Positions 40,809-52,839 of a stretch of DNA of 64,000 nt are shown here, piece after piece. Each line of letters begins with the position of its first letter. The first letter of the stretch is position 1. The position numbers and the translations under genes are program-made. Source of the DNA: Lama glama (taxonomy: Eukaryota); the NCBI GenBank assembly GCA_028534125.1, contig CM052823.1:18724001-18788000 (forward strand), in the 5' to 3' direction. The notes under the pieces were generated by a model. That model was not told where the DNA came from and searched no databases. It was given only the letters and a program-made list of their open reading frames with translations.

Positions 40809-40885
40809 CTCATTGGCAGGTCAAATACAAGGTCAGTGTACCCTTCTAAGGCATCTGTCATAGAGGTACTTCAGTCAGCAGCAAC
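40809..40885 (-). pseudogene. RGS-like pseudogene: candidate exon
   Basis: Donor AG|gtgagc at 40809; DALEGYTDLVFDLPM; position fits the exon order but homology is weak. Confidence 0.3.
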
Positions 40886-41287
40886 CTACCTCATTTTAGT
40901 TTGGTTTTTCTCCATAGCTACCACATCTAATAAATTACATTTTGCAGTGTCTCTTGTTTCTGGCCCCTTCTTTCCATCCTGTTGTCACTGATCTAGATCA
41001 GACCTTCCTTTCCTTTAGCCAGACAATTAAAATTGATTTTTAGCCATCTCCCTTATTACCTCTCCCCTGTGTCTAATCCGTTTTATTAATTAATGGCTAA
41101 TTGATCTTTCAAAACCCAAATCTATTCTTTTACTTTCCTGCTCAATAATTTTCAATGACTCCTAATTGTTCAGGCTTTAATAAAATTGTGTAATGCAGGC
41201 ATCTAGAGAGAGAGTAAAGAGTCATAGAAATTCCATGAGCATTGAAGTAAAAAAGACTTGGGTTCAAATCTGAGCTTGGCCTATTTC

Positions 41288-41800
41288 CTATTTTTTAACT
41301 GAAATATAGTTGATTTACAATACTGTGTTAATCTTAGGTGTACAGCAAAATGATTTAGATATATATATATTTTTTCAGATTATATCCCATTATAAGTTAT
41401 TACAAAATATTGAACATAATTCCTTGTATTATACAATGAATTCTTCTTGCTTATCTCTTTTATGTATAGTAGTTTATATCTGTTAATCCCATACTCCTAA
41501 TTTGTTCCCCTCTTCCTCCCTCTCCCCTTTGGTAACCATAAGTTTGTGTTCTGTGTCTGTGATTCTGTTTCTGTTTTGTATATAAGTTCATTTGTATTAT
41601 TTGTTAGATTCCACATATAAGTTATATCATATGGTACTTGTCTTTCTCTGACGTACTTCACTAATTACATTATTCTCTACGTCCATTCATGTTGCTGCAA
41701 ATGACAATATTTCATTATTTTTATGGCTGAGTAATATTCCATTGTATACACATTTCACATCTCCTTAAGCCAATCATCTGTTGATGGGCAGTTGGGTTCA
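41288..41800 (-). mobile_element. 5'-truncated L1 3'UTR inserted in a MIR (about 41240-41940), TSD gcctattt
   Basis: MIR halves on both sides; gcctattt at about 41279-41287 and 41801-41808. Confidence 0.85.
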
Positions 41801-42577
41801 GCCTATTTATTGCTGGGTAATTTTGGGAAAACTATTTAATTCCTCTGAAATGCAGTTCTTTATCTCTGAGATGAAGGTCATGATAACTATTGCTTAGGGC
41901 TGTTGGGGAGATTAAATGAGATACTAGTTACTAGATAATATGTACTCAAAATCTCTTCTATGACATAGATTTTTATTTACCATATTTGGCTGCAGCCTTC
42001 TTAAAATCAGGAATGATGTCTTTGTAGTATTCATAGTGCTTTGTGCATATTAGTTGCTCAATAAATCTCTGTTGAGCTTGGGATTCTCAAATTGATTTCA
42101 CTGCCAGAAAGAGCCATTTCTTTTTTGGTAAAATTTTAAACTGCCTTTCCAAGTCTAATTGATCTTACCAAATCTGAGCAGGGTGAGCCTGTTTTCCCTG
42201 CATCAGATCCTCCATGATTCAGTAAGTTGTCAAGGTTCTAGGTGGATATGGAGTTCTTCATTCACTTCTTAGTATTTTACCCCAGACTTTTACAGCTTGA
42301 AGTGAATATGGAGATGGGATCACCTTGATACTGTTTGCAGTGTTTCTTGAATGGTCAGTAAAACAGAGAGTAGTGGAAGGGTTTCCTTTAGGTCAGTTTG
42401 ACAGTTGAGCAAAGAGGCAGTTCCTTAGGCAGGTCAGCTGACCGCTCCACAAATGGTAGGTGAGTGCTGATGGGGGGAAAAATCAAGCATGTGCTAGGAA
42501 GGGAGTTACTGGCAAAGGTGTTGGTGAGGTTTTACTTGATCAAATGTTTGCTTCTCATTTTAAAGAGAAAATACAAC

Positions 42578-42648
42578 CTTGTAAAAATGTGTGCTACGAA
42601 GAGCCAGCAGATGACATATTCAAAATTCCCTGTAATAATTCCTGGCAT
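42578..42648 (-). pseudogene. RGS-like pseudogene: putative first conserved coding exon
   Basis: ATG at 42648; MPGIITGNFEYVICWLFVAHIF resembles recalled RGS22 N-terminus PPTITEEEFEDSLATDDFLVDYF; weak donor AAG|gttgta. Confidence 0.4.
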
Positions 42649-43840
42649 TTACATGCCCCCTTGAAGTTAGTATGCCAGTTTCACATACACTATCACATTT
42701 CATCCTCCGTGGACCCCTGTGAGGTAGACAGGACAGGTGTTTTATGCATTGTCCACACCCCTGCACCTCTCCTCCACATCCCACTCTTACCATTTTTGTT
42801 TGTTTGCTGTTTAAAGTTTGTAAGGGTATGGGGAGTTTCCCCAAGATCTCACAGCAAGTGGCAGAGGAGCATCAGACCCGGCAGTTCTGGTCCCACGATA
42901 CTTTCCAGTGCAGTAGAGAGGATAGAGGGAACTTGAGTTCTGACCACCACATCACTCTCACCCCAGGTACCCAGTGACTGAACCCTAAGAGGAGAGGTTG
43001 AAGTGGACTTTCTCAGATGGCAGTCTACCAGCTTTCGTTTTGCTTGTGTAAACAATAAGCATTAGAGTAATAAAAATAGATGTTGCCAATTATGTAGCAC
43101 ACACCATGTGTCTGGAAGTATACATATTACATTACATGTATGTATGTATTTGTCTCACTTGTTCCTCCCTGTAACCCTATAAGATAGGTGTTGTTTGAAA
43201 ACGAAGGCTCTGAGAGGTGAAGTAACTTCCCAAGGTCCCACAGCTGGGACGGAGCTAAATGTTAGAGCTGCAGACTGCATTCAAGCTCACGTCTATCTGA
43301 AGGCAAAGCCCACACTTTTGCTGCTGCACTTGCCTATCTTCGGCTTCCTGAAGTGGGTCCCCACTGGACCCAGACTAGTTTTAGGACGGCTGGTCACAGA
43401 GTTCACCCACTCACTATGGCCGGCAGATCTGTTTGATCCAGATGTCTGATGAAGAGTTCTGAAACAGATTCCAGCTGGAATTTGCCAAAATGGAAATACT
43501 TGTTGCAAAGTCAAGCTGTTTCATTTAGCTGGTTGACAAGACAGGAAGACACCCCCCAGATCGGGAATGCTGTCCCCAAGGTAGTTTCTTTGGAAGTGAT
43601 ATATATTTACGACATTGGGAAGGACTAGGTTTAAAGGGGTGCACGGCTGAGTGTAAGAGCTTTGGAGTAGGAGATGGTAGGCCTGACCCCTTGCCTGTGA
43701 TTTGAATTTCAGGGTTTTTCCTCCATAAAATAGAAAGAGAGAATCCCTCTCACTCACCTCAGAGTGATTCAGGGATTATCCTGGGGGCCAATTTATGCAA
43801 ATATTCTTTCTAAACTGTAAGATTCCATATAAACATAGGG

Positions 43841-44525
43841 AGATTCCACATATGAGNNNNNNNNNNNNNNNNNNNNNNNNNNNNNNNNNNNNNNNNNNNN
43901 NNNNNNNNNNNNNNNNNNNNNNNNNNNNNNNNNNNNNNNNNNNNNNNNNNNNNNNNNNNNNNNNNNNNNNNNNNNNNNNNNNNNNNNNNNNNNNNNNNNN
44001 NNNNNNNNNNNNNNNNNNNNNNNNNNNNNNNNNNNNNNNNNNNNNNNNNNNNNNNNNNNNNNNNNNNNNNNNNNNNNNNNNNNNNNNNNNNNNNNNNTCC
44101 TGAAGTAGGGTTCCTTCTGGATACAAGCCCAGGAGCGGGATTCCTGGGTGATACGGTAAGTCTATTCCTAGTCTTTTGAGGAACCTCCATTAAAAAAAAC
44201 AAAAAACAAAAACAACAAAAACAAAGTATAAATACAAAACAGAAAGAAACTCATAGACAAAGAATACAGACTTGTGGTTGCCAAGGGGGCAGAGAGTGGG
44301 AAGGGATAGGTGGGATTTCAAAATTGTGGAATAGATAAACAAGATTATACTGTATAGCACAGGGAAATACACACAAGGTCTTATGGTAGCTCACAGAGAA
44401 AAAAATGTGACAATGAATATATATATGTCCATGTATGACTGAAAAATTGTGCTCTACACTGGAATTTGACACAACATTGTAAAGTGATTATAAATCAATA
44501 AAAAATGTTAAAAAAAAAAAAACAC
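43841..44525 (+). mobile_element. Young camelid-type L1 with 5' inversion; spans an N gap
   Basis: Antisense segment 43841-44190, sense 3'UTR 44191-44522 with aataaa and polyA; flanking aaacatagggagatt and aaagcagggagatt. Confidence 0.85.
43857..44097. other. Assembly gap (N)
   Basis: N run. Confidence 1.
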
Positions 44526-46837
44526 AACCAAAGCAGGGAGATTTTGACCTCTTGGGCCTCTGTGGTTGGCATGGTGGTATCTCACAGACAATGTGAAATT
44601 GAGAGATTATGTGAGAATTAATTTCCACATTCAATGAAATCTAAGGTCATTTTAGTTGTTAGTTTGCTTAAGCCTCCCCTTCTTCTCCAGGAACATGACC
44701 TAAAGTGTCCTGTGAAACCATGGGTGTGTTCCATTTCTCAGCACTCCACATTGCCTATGGGAGCCCGATTAATGTCTTCACACCCAGGAGTCAAATACTC
44801 TCAGCCAGAAGACACTTCCTTGACACTGCTTGAGTAGGAAAAAGATCAGAGAGAAGATGAGGGACCACAGGCGAGGCTCTGATACATTCATCCCAGAACC
44901 ATTCTTGTTTCTGTAGACCATGTCATACTTTCCACTTAAAACATCCATGTCGTGCCTACAATTTGTCCAGCACAGTACTATGAAGTTTACAAATGTTAAC
45001 TCATTTATTCCTCACCTCCACCCTGTGGGGATAATACAATCCCTGTTTTACAGATAAAGGGATTCAGGCACAGAGGTTAATGTTTGAGCTAGTAAGTGGG
45101 AGAGCCAGGATTCCAATTCCTACACCACGGCTTACCTATAAAAACTTACTGAGTTGATTTGAAATGGAAAACATTCTCAGCGGCTCCCTGCTTCCTGTGT
45201 CAATTCTAAGTCTGCCTGTCTGTCTTTCTGGTGCATTTTTAGACCCATTTTGTCTTATTTCCCACTTACTGTTTGATTTTCTGCCATGTTTCTTCCTTCC
45301 TAATGAATCTAGTATTCCATACCTAGTCCTACATCCTTGCTTTTTGTTAGATGTTTTTTCTCCCTAGCTTGGAATGCCCTTCTAATTCCCCTTTTTCTAG
45401 TTAAAACTTATTCAGCTTAAAGTCCATGTCAAGTTTCATCCATGAAAATTTTACTCATAACTTCAGACCTAACTGATTTCGGTCTGTTTGAAATTTCTTT
45501 AGCACTTCTCAGCACTTATGCAAGGGATAACACACTTTCTATGTTTGCAAATTAATCTTACCTCCTCATCTAGGTTTTAATAGTCTTGACTTAACACTAT
45601 GACATATGCTTTTCAAAAAAAAAATTCCTTGCCTTTCCTAACAAAGTGTTATGGATATTTTAAATGTTCAGCAAATAACTAATTGAGCTTTATAATTACC
45701 TGGATATTCCTGACAGAAGCATTTGCTAACTTTATTCATTAAACTCATCATCTCAGTTTGGTTTGTTGTTTGTTTGGTGGCAAAAGGATTTTGTCTCTGT
45801 GGCCACTCCAGTGGGTTGATCATGGCTGCCTAGAGGGCTATGCTGAGAATGCTTTCAAGGAGTTATAGTTTGCACATCTCTAATCAATCACAGAATTCTT
45901 TCCTGCTGTCAGGGGTGTGGTATGAGAATGTGAGGATAAGCCAATCCTGAGTTTCCTGACCCTAGTTTGGTAACAGGGAGAGAAAATAATCTACACTTGC
46001 AGGAAGGGGGTTGGATTTCGGGCTAAGGACACTTTAATAGATTTGTTGACATGTATGATGAATAGGATAAAGATTAGGGTAACTCGAATTGTTGATGATT
46101 GATTATTTATTGAGATGATACCAGGAAAAAGCATTCCATTTTTCATTTGTTTATTTGGTTTTAGGTTATACGTGTGTCATAAAATCTGTTTTTTTTTTTA
46201 TAACGTGTCTGTTTTTTATAATGTCAGTGAAATTACTTCTTATGGCTCAGTATCAACTCTAAAATATGTATTTCGGTACATAGCACTTTTGTTTCTAGAG
46301 ATTTGCTCTTATAGCATTCCAGAGCCACACTGCACATACATACATTACACAAATAAAAATTGCAAACATGCAGTTGTCTTTTATGTTGCTGTAAGTTTGA
46401 GGCTTAGAAAAAAGACAAAGAAATACAGCTGCCAGAGAAAACAAAACACTTGAAGACAATTTCCATCCCAACTGTGTGTTGAGGAGAATACTGCCCAAAC
46501 TATGTGTCACTAAGGTTTATTCCTTGAAAGGTCATTTTTCCACGATTTAGAGCAGACTCTGGGCTATCATGCAACCATGGGAATATTTCATTTAAGGAAA
46601 TTTGTGGATGGGTTAATAAGTGGAAAACTATTTTATTATAAAAATCTGGTATCTTTTTATCAGCCAAAATTTTTTTCTTTTTGACATTTCTTGCTAGCGT
46701 GTTTGCCTTTGCTGATTTGAGTTTAAAACTCAACAAATTAAAAGCAAAACAAGGACATTGAGGAGGTTGGTTTGGGGATGTCTGATAAGCAGTCCTTCTT
46801 TTCTTCTGGCTTCCTAGCTTTCACTCTAAGGTGTCTC

Positions 46838-46842
<5 letters not shown>

Positions 46843-46877
<35 letters not shown>
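46843..46877. repeat. (CA)17 microsatellite
   Basis: Read directly. Confidence 0.95.
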
Positions 46878-46879
<2 letters not shown>

Positions 46880-48179
46880 CATCCAGAGCAGTAGGAACTA
46901 ATCAGCCTAATTATTTCTTGAATGTTGAGTAACTCCTTGTTTAAGGAGGGAAGAGAGTCTTTGTTCACATTTCCAATGTAGCTCTCTTCTCAAACCATAA
47001 GAAAAAAACTAACTGCACCCTAGCTTGAAATCTGTGTTGGAAATCTGATTTAACACATGGGAATACGTTTCTACAAGACCATTGCAACTCAAGGAGACTG
47101 AAGAAGGCTGCAAGATGAATCAAATGCACCTAGGTGTGGCATAACCCTACAGAGGAATGTTCCTATTTGGGTCTCAGATAAGGGCACACTGCACCTGCCT
47201 TGTTCGTGGTTTCATCCCTAGCGTCTAGAACAATGCCTTGATCATGAGAAGTGCCACAAAATATCTATGGAGTGAATGAATAAAAAAATAAATACATACA
47301 CCATTATGAAGAATCAATGTAGATCTTGTTTGAGCACAAAATCATAATCATTGCTTAGCTAGGCTCACCTGATTTCAAGAGTTTCTGTTTTTACAATCCT
47401 TAAATATTAGAACTTTGGAAATAAGATTTACTTTAGATGAGTTGGGGAACACTTATCCTGGATTTAAAAAAAATAGCATTTAATACAAACTCTTACATGA
47501 CTAATTATAATTAGAATAATAGGGTTGTGATTTTCCTTTAATCACAGATCCTTCTTCACTAAGGTCAGGTTTTCAATACCAATCCAGCTACCTTTGTTCC
47601 ATGCTGACTATCTCTGTATCTTTAGTCTTCTTCTGTTGGGTTCATATCTCTAGATATTAGTTTGGAAGTAACTAGGTAACACTAATTTATGTTCTAGTCC
47701 ATGTACACAACTTTCTGCCGAAAGACTGGTTACTACCCTCTTGCCTTACGTTGGTCTCTGTCTCTGGGTGCATACACATGCCAGGCATTGCATTCATTCC
47801 CTAAAAGAAAAGCCTGTGATATGACCACATGGTTCCTGCTGCCCTTTCAGGACGCTGGGCTCATCTGTGTCTTCCTAGCTCCTGAAGCAGGCTAACCTAA
47901 GCTCTCTTTTGCATTGCTCCTCGACACTGCCCTTTCTCCTTGGCTCTCTGCCCCTTCAGTTCGGGACTGAGGAGCCCAGTCCTCCGGAACAGTGGTTCTC
48001 AGTGCACTGCTCTTACTTATGAGCTATTAGCAACTGTAATTGCAAATGGATAAAGTACCAAGAATTGTAAGTGATTCCCTTTTAAAAAAGTACAAATGAG
48101 AGAAGTCTAAGACAGAATGTGGGAGCAGGTACAAAGAGGAGAAACGCAATTCTTATCAGAGAAGAAGAAACAGAACTTA

Positions 48180-49650
48180 CAGTTTACCCATACCATCCTG
48201 TTTAGTGAAGAGAGGTCATCGTTTTGGAATCAGACAAGTAAAGATGGAAACAATGGTACATGTGATATTTTAGGGATTTAAGGAGCAGAAAGTGCACATC
48301 ATCTTTTAGTGTTTTTCTTGTTTCCTTTGACTTCAACAGTTACTGGCCTTTAGTGTTTAAAAACATTATACCTTTCAGAAGTGATGAAGATAATGTTCTT
48401 AATATTCTTGACATGTTAATAAATATAAATAAATTCCTTAAAATGTTTTCCCAAGTTTGTGTTTACATAACTGAATTTATTATATAAAAATATTTTGTTT
48501 TTCTATGTAATTGTAGAATAATTTAACAACTGCATCATACTTTATATACTATAATCATAAATAACCTATGTGTAATGTTTCATTTATGTCTCTGAAAACT
48601 AATCTTAATTAATATATTAAATTAGAGCATATTCAAGGATATTCATATAATAAAATCACTCATTTTCTGGAATAGTCCTTTGAATGAGAGAGAAAGCAAT
48701 GGAGTTATCACTGGGGTGATGTCCATACCATGGATGCACTCATGGAAGTCTATTATTTTAGTGTACATTTCGTGGAAAACAAACAAAAGAAAAACCTGCT
48801 GAAAATATCTTTTGTAAGGTCTCAGAAGTTTGATTGCAAACATCCATTATCTGTGACATCTGGGGTTAGGTGTTGGCTTACTAACCGCAGGCTGCACAGT
48901 TTTCATCGAGTAGTGTGTTTCCGTGGCCCCTCTGTGGTTGGTGGTCTCCCCTCTTAGCTGTCTGGGAATGGCTCTCTTATACTCTCTTGTTTTGCAAGGG
49001 AAGGGGGAGCTTGTCTGCAGACCATTCGAGGAAGACCTGAGGTACCACAGGCTCCTGCCTCTGGGATGCTCCCCGTATTGCTTACCGGAGAGTCTTCCAT
49101 CTCATAGAGCTGGGGCGGGTCACGGACTGCCTCCTCCAGAGCCCACAGTACCAATTCATATAAATCTGAAGGATTAAATTAAAATTGAAAGTACTGCCAG
49201 TTTTGTAATTTAATTTAAAACTGTAGCTGTCCCAGAAGGGAAAGAAAAGGACTTTCTAGCCCTTTCAAGCCCCGTCATTCTTTTCCTGTGCCACCGAATC
49301 GTGGCTCAACGGGCCTCCTACGGAGTCGCTCTGGAACTGTTTTAGAGGCGTTACCATCCCTTCCCGGCAGTGCCAAGCCACTCAGGAGTTCTCTCCAGGT
49401 GTTTATACAGAGCCTAGTCTCGGACAGCATGTCAGGGAATAGTGCTCTCGGATTAAAATTTTAACGCACCATTAAAAAAATATATAAAACCTCTGAATTA
49501 CAGACATCAAGTGTGGAGTCAAACATCTGACCTTCCCACTGACACAGGCAAGCCTCCGCACCTCTCCTTTCTCTCTGAGAGACGAGGGACAAACCCTGCC
49601 CAGACTTGATGGCTCTTCTGGGACGTAGTCTATACGTATTTTCTGAAATC
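48180..49650 (-). other. Unassigned chain of exon-like segments (e.g. 49086-49165, 48796-48859)
   Basis: ccttcag|..LYELVLWALEEAVRDPPQLYEMEDSP|gtaagc, followed in phase by ctaaccccag|MSQIMDVCNQTSETLQKIFSA; no family recognised. Confidence 0.35.
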
Positions 49651-50452
49651 GGTTTGAACTATGCTGATACCCCATGTTTCTTTGTAAGTGCCCCCAAGTC
49701 AATCCCTCTGTGTGGATTTTGTGCTTAGAAGGAAACCATTCAAGAGCGTGGACTTTCAATGTCCTTCTCTTTTATTTCTCACAGCACTTGGTCCATTGCA
49801 TACTGAGTAGATGGTCAGAAACTGCTTGTTAACCAGCTTACTTGCCGGCCCAGCTGTGCAGGGGGTGGATATTTGGTAAGTAGCATTGACCGCCTGCCTG
49901 ACTTCTGAGGTGAATTGTTCTTTTACATCTCATGTTAAAGCTCTGCCACATCCTGTGAAACTCTAACTTTGATGAGTGTTCATCTTCAGGCATTCCACCA
50001 CATATCAAAAAACAACAAAAACAGGGAAGTCTTGCATGGATGAATTTATTATGTTGCTTGCTTTATATTTGAAGGTAGGAGCCACAGATTATTTGCTGTG
50101 CAACAATAATGATATTAATAATAGTAATAATGCCGTGGCAGTCACACAGTCGGGTTTCAGTAAATACTGATATTTTACTAGATTCAAAATTCCACTGTGC
50201 CTTCTGTCCTATTTGTATCTGTGGGAGAGTTTATAAATACGCAGCAAAGCACCTCTTTTCTGTCACTGCCTTCTGAAAGAGTCCAGACTGAGAATGGACT
50301 TAACTGAAATGTGAGGTTAAGACCTCAATCAAACCTTCTTATGTTGTTTCGTATACAACGGCGATTGGGCTAGATTAGTGATATTGTAAGTAATATTTCC
50401 TTATTTTCTATTTCTCTACCACTTCTGTAATAAAAATAAGTATATCATTTAT

Positions 50453-50462
50453 GTGACGTCAC
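50453..50462. promoter_or_regulatory. Perfect CRE palindrome GTGACGTCAC
   Basis: Motif only; central CpG intact. Confidence 0.25.
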
Positions 50463-50469
50463 CTGAAAG

Positions 50470-50501
50470 TTTAATCATGTCTCTTTATTAATTTATTTAT
50501 T
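50470..50501 (-). terminator. Cluster of polyadenylation signals (3x AATAAA plus ATTAAA); candidate 3' end of the PDE transcript
   Basis: Minus strand reads caataaataaattaataaagagacatgattaaa at the end of a T-rich, repeat-poor 2 kb stretch downstream of the last PDE exon. Confidence 0.35.
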
Positions 50502-52839
50502 GTGTTAACGTAGTCTGTGTCTGTTTAGTAGGGACCCAAAAACTTTCAATCTAGTTAACACATATAATTAAACAGCTGTATGAAAATGTTTTTAAAACAT
50601 TTAATGAGTTCTCTGCATATAACTCCGTGTTTAAAACCAGTGCTATTTCTGATGTGTGTGGCATGTTACAGTAGTTGAATTGCTTTTTTATAGAGTGCTC
50701 TCTCCCATCCTCATAGAGTGTGGAATCTCTGAGACTTTGGGACACTCTGCTGACTTGGCCGGGAGAAAGTTCTTGCCTATTCAGTTTTTGCCACTGCCTT
50801 TGGCACCTAGAAGCCTCCTTCCTCTTCCCCTCCCGGGTTTCTGTATAATAAGTGTGTCTGGGTTTCTGTTGCACGGAACGTCCCAGAGCAAGAGACTCTG
50901 GGGCAGTCAAACAAAGGCAGGATTTCATTCACCTGGCACGCTGACCCCTCGGATCCTGGCTGGAAACTGGGCACCGGGGCCCAAGGGCCAAAGCAGCGCC
51001 TTACATAAGCCCAGCGCTAGCAGCTGCCGCCTGCCCGAGCTGTGACAAGGGAGCTGTTCTCTCATGGTGGCACATGGATCTCCCCTTGTTGGCCAACACG
51101 TTTCTTCGTAATTAAAAAAAAAATCCACTATCTTCTGCAGAGACTATCTTCAATGTCCCCATATCGGTATCTGGGCTCAAATGGGAGAGGGAAATTTGCA
51201 TGTTAATAGAGTAATCTAATTAAGTATTGGCAGAACTCCTGTAATAATAACGTCTTACTCTTTCCCGCTTCCTCTAGTGCACGGCTGGGGCATGGTTAAA
51301 GCAGCAACTGGGCAGGCTTCCTATGAGTGCCCTAGATCCCAGGCCTGTCCTGTGTTCATGTTCACGACATTCATAGGTGACCCCTGAGACACCAGCACTA
51401 GAGCTGGGTGAGCCTGGGCGAGGTTCCCTAGTGAGCCTCAATCCCTGCACCTGAGAAAAAGAAAAAAGCATATCCAGTAATTTTTCCAAGTACTAGTCGT
51501 TTGGATGTGTGTGACCAAATCCCCCAGGGGAAACTTTCAGGCCAGCAGCCCCCTGGGAGGTTGTCTATGCAAGGTGTATCATCTCTCAAGACTTTGTGGA
51601 AGGATGGTGCCCACCTCCACTCTGGGGAACCACTTTGTGTTCCCGGAAACAAGCAAAGTGGAGGCAAAAGGACTCCTCCCGCCACCTGCAGAGGGAACAG
51701 GACCACAACGGCCAGACCGTCCCAGGAGCTTCTCACACACTGGGATCTGGCACTCTTTTCTTCTCAGAAACTGTAAGACTGCTTTCTTTCCTGCTAATTT
51801 AGGGTTATGAGTTTTCTACTGGGGAGAGTGATAAATCAACCCTTTGAGAGAGCTGGTTCTTGAAAGCCATAAAAGCAAAAAAAAAAAAACAAAACCAAAA
51901 ACGAAATATTCTAAAAGTCACAACAAAAAGTTGATATTCATCAGTCGCTTGCTGTTTTTTTATTTTGGCTGTTGTTTCCAGGCTGCTGCAGTTTATGTAC
52001 GTGATTTTGACACTCAGAATCCCACTTTTCGGGTGGATAACTTGGTCATTTGGTTTTGCCTCCTTCTGCGGGCTAAACTTTTCAATCTGACTAACGTGGA
52101 CACCTCCTCCCTCAGGCCAGTCAGTTGGCTCAGAGCTATCCTCCCTGCCAGGAGGCAGCTGGGTGGACTGGCCTTTATCTTGAGCTCTGGTTGGGCTTGA
52201 GCTTTGCATTTTGTGTCCCTGATTTGGGAACGGACATTAAAGTCAAGGGAGGATGACACGGGGACATATTTCCTGAGCGTTTGCTCTTTCTCAGTGGGAA
52301 TTAAGGTTGAAAAAAAATAAAATAAAAACCAACAACTCCAAATTGGAAATCCAAAGAGTTCACTTGAGGGTGCCATGCTGGGAGGGGGCGGAGGCTGTGC
52401 TCTGCAGGGGATGTCCGTTCACAGCTCACGTGTCTTTGATCTGCATCAGAGGGGATCCATCCGTGGAAAAAAAAAGGAGCTGTGTAGAAAAGATTTATTT
52501 GTTTCCCTTATTTTCACAAACACAAAGTGAGTTTCCAAGGAAAGTGGCTCAGTGGTTCTCTCTCTCCACTAGTGGGGTGTGTGTACGTGGGGGGAGGAGA
52601 CTAAAATCCTAAGTCAGAGGCTGGCACCTTCCAGCACTTAGAGTCCACATCGACTTTGAGAGTAAAGTCTGCTCCTCCTGCTCTGGATAAGAAACAAGGT
52701 GGACTCTTTCAGGCCACCAGGATGAGGTGCATTCTAAAAATAGGAAGACTTTGAAGGGGAATGTTGCACTTGGACCAAGAATCCTGAACTCAAGGATAGA
52801 TTTTTGCAGTCATCAAATACGCTTTGGGGATTCTAATGT

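Larger units (their letters stand above)
2938..42648 (-). pseudogene. Decayed multi-exon RGSL1/RGS22-family gene (multi-RGS-domain protein), unitary pseudogene; best-supported core 12990-40218
   Basis: About 20 minus-strand exon remnants, many with AG/GT sites. Their translations are collinear with recalled RGSL1/RGS22 motifs: ALK*LHT..LPF ~ LLTWLEKCRLPF; FKWRNTII*..KSLGLIFGPIKF ~ MRWKKADQW..KCIGGVRGMWRF; C*FDIER ~ LWMDIER; LALD**WK*WL/PRF ~ VALFKLQSYWLPNF; CEFLQKEHNDSMTFF ~ FREFLKERKAKIPLQF; KDKILG..FEG..WKK ~ KDAILA..FHG..WKR. Many stops and frameshifts. Confidence 0.8.

Noticed and set aside
12990-42648. Calling this RGSL1 or RGS22 itself
   Set aside because: Only motif-level similarity, an apparent extra repeat and pervasive disablements; a true mammalian orthologue would be far more similar.
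43776-44202. ORFs spanning the N run (likewise 55255-55678)
   Set aside because: Assembly-gap artefacts.
51805-52376. Terminal coding exon of a live gene
   Set aside because: No recognisable protein, no clear acceptor, and no intact upstream exons in the window.
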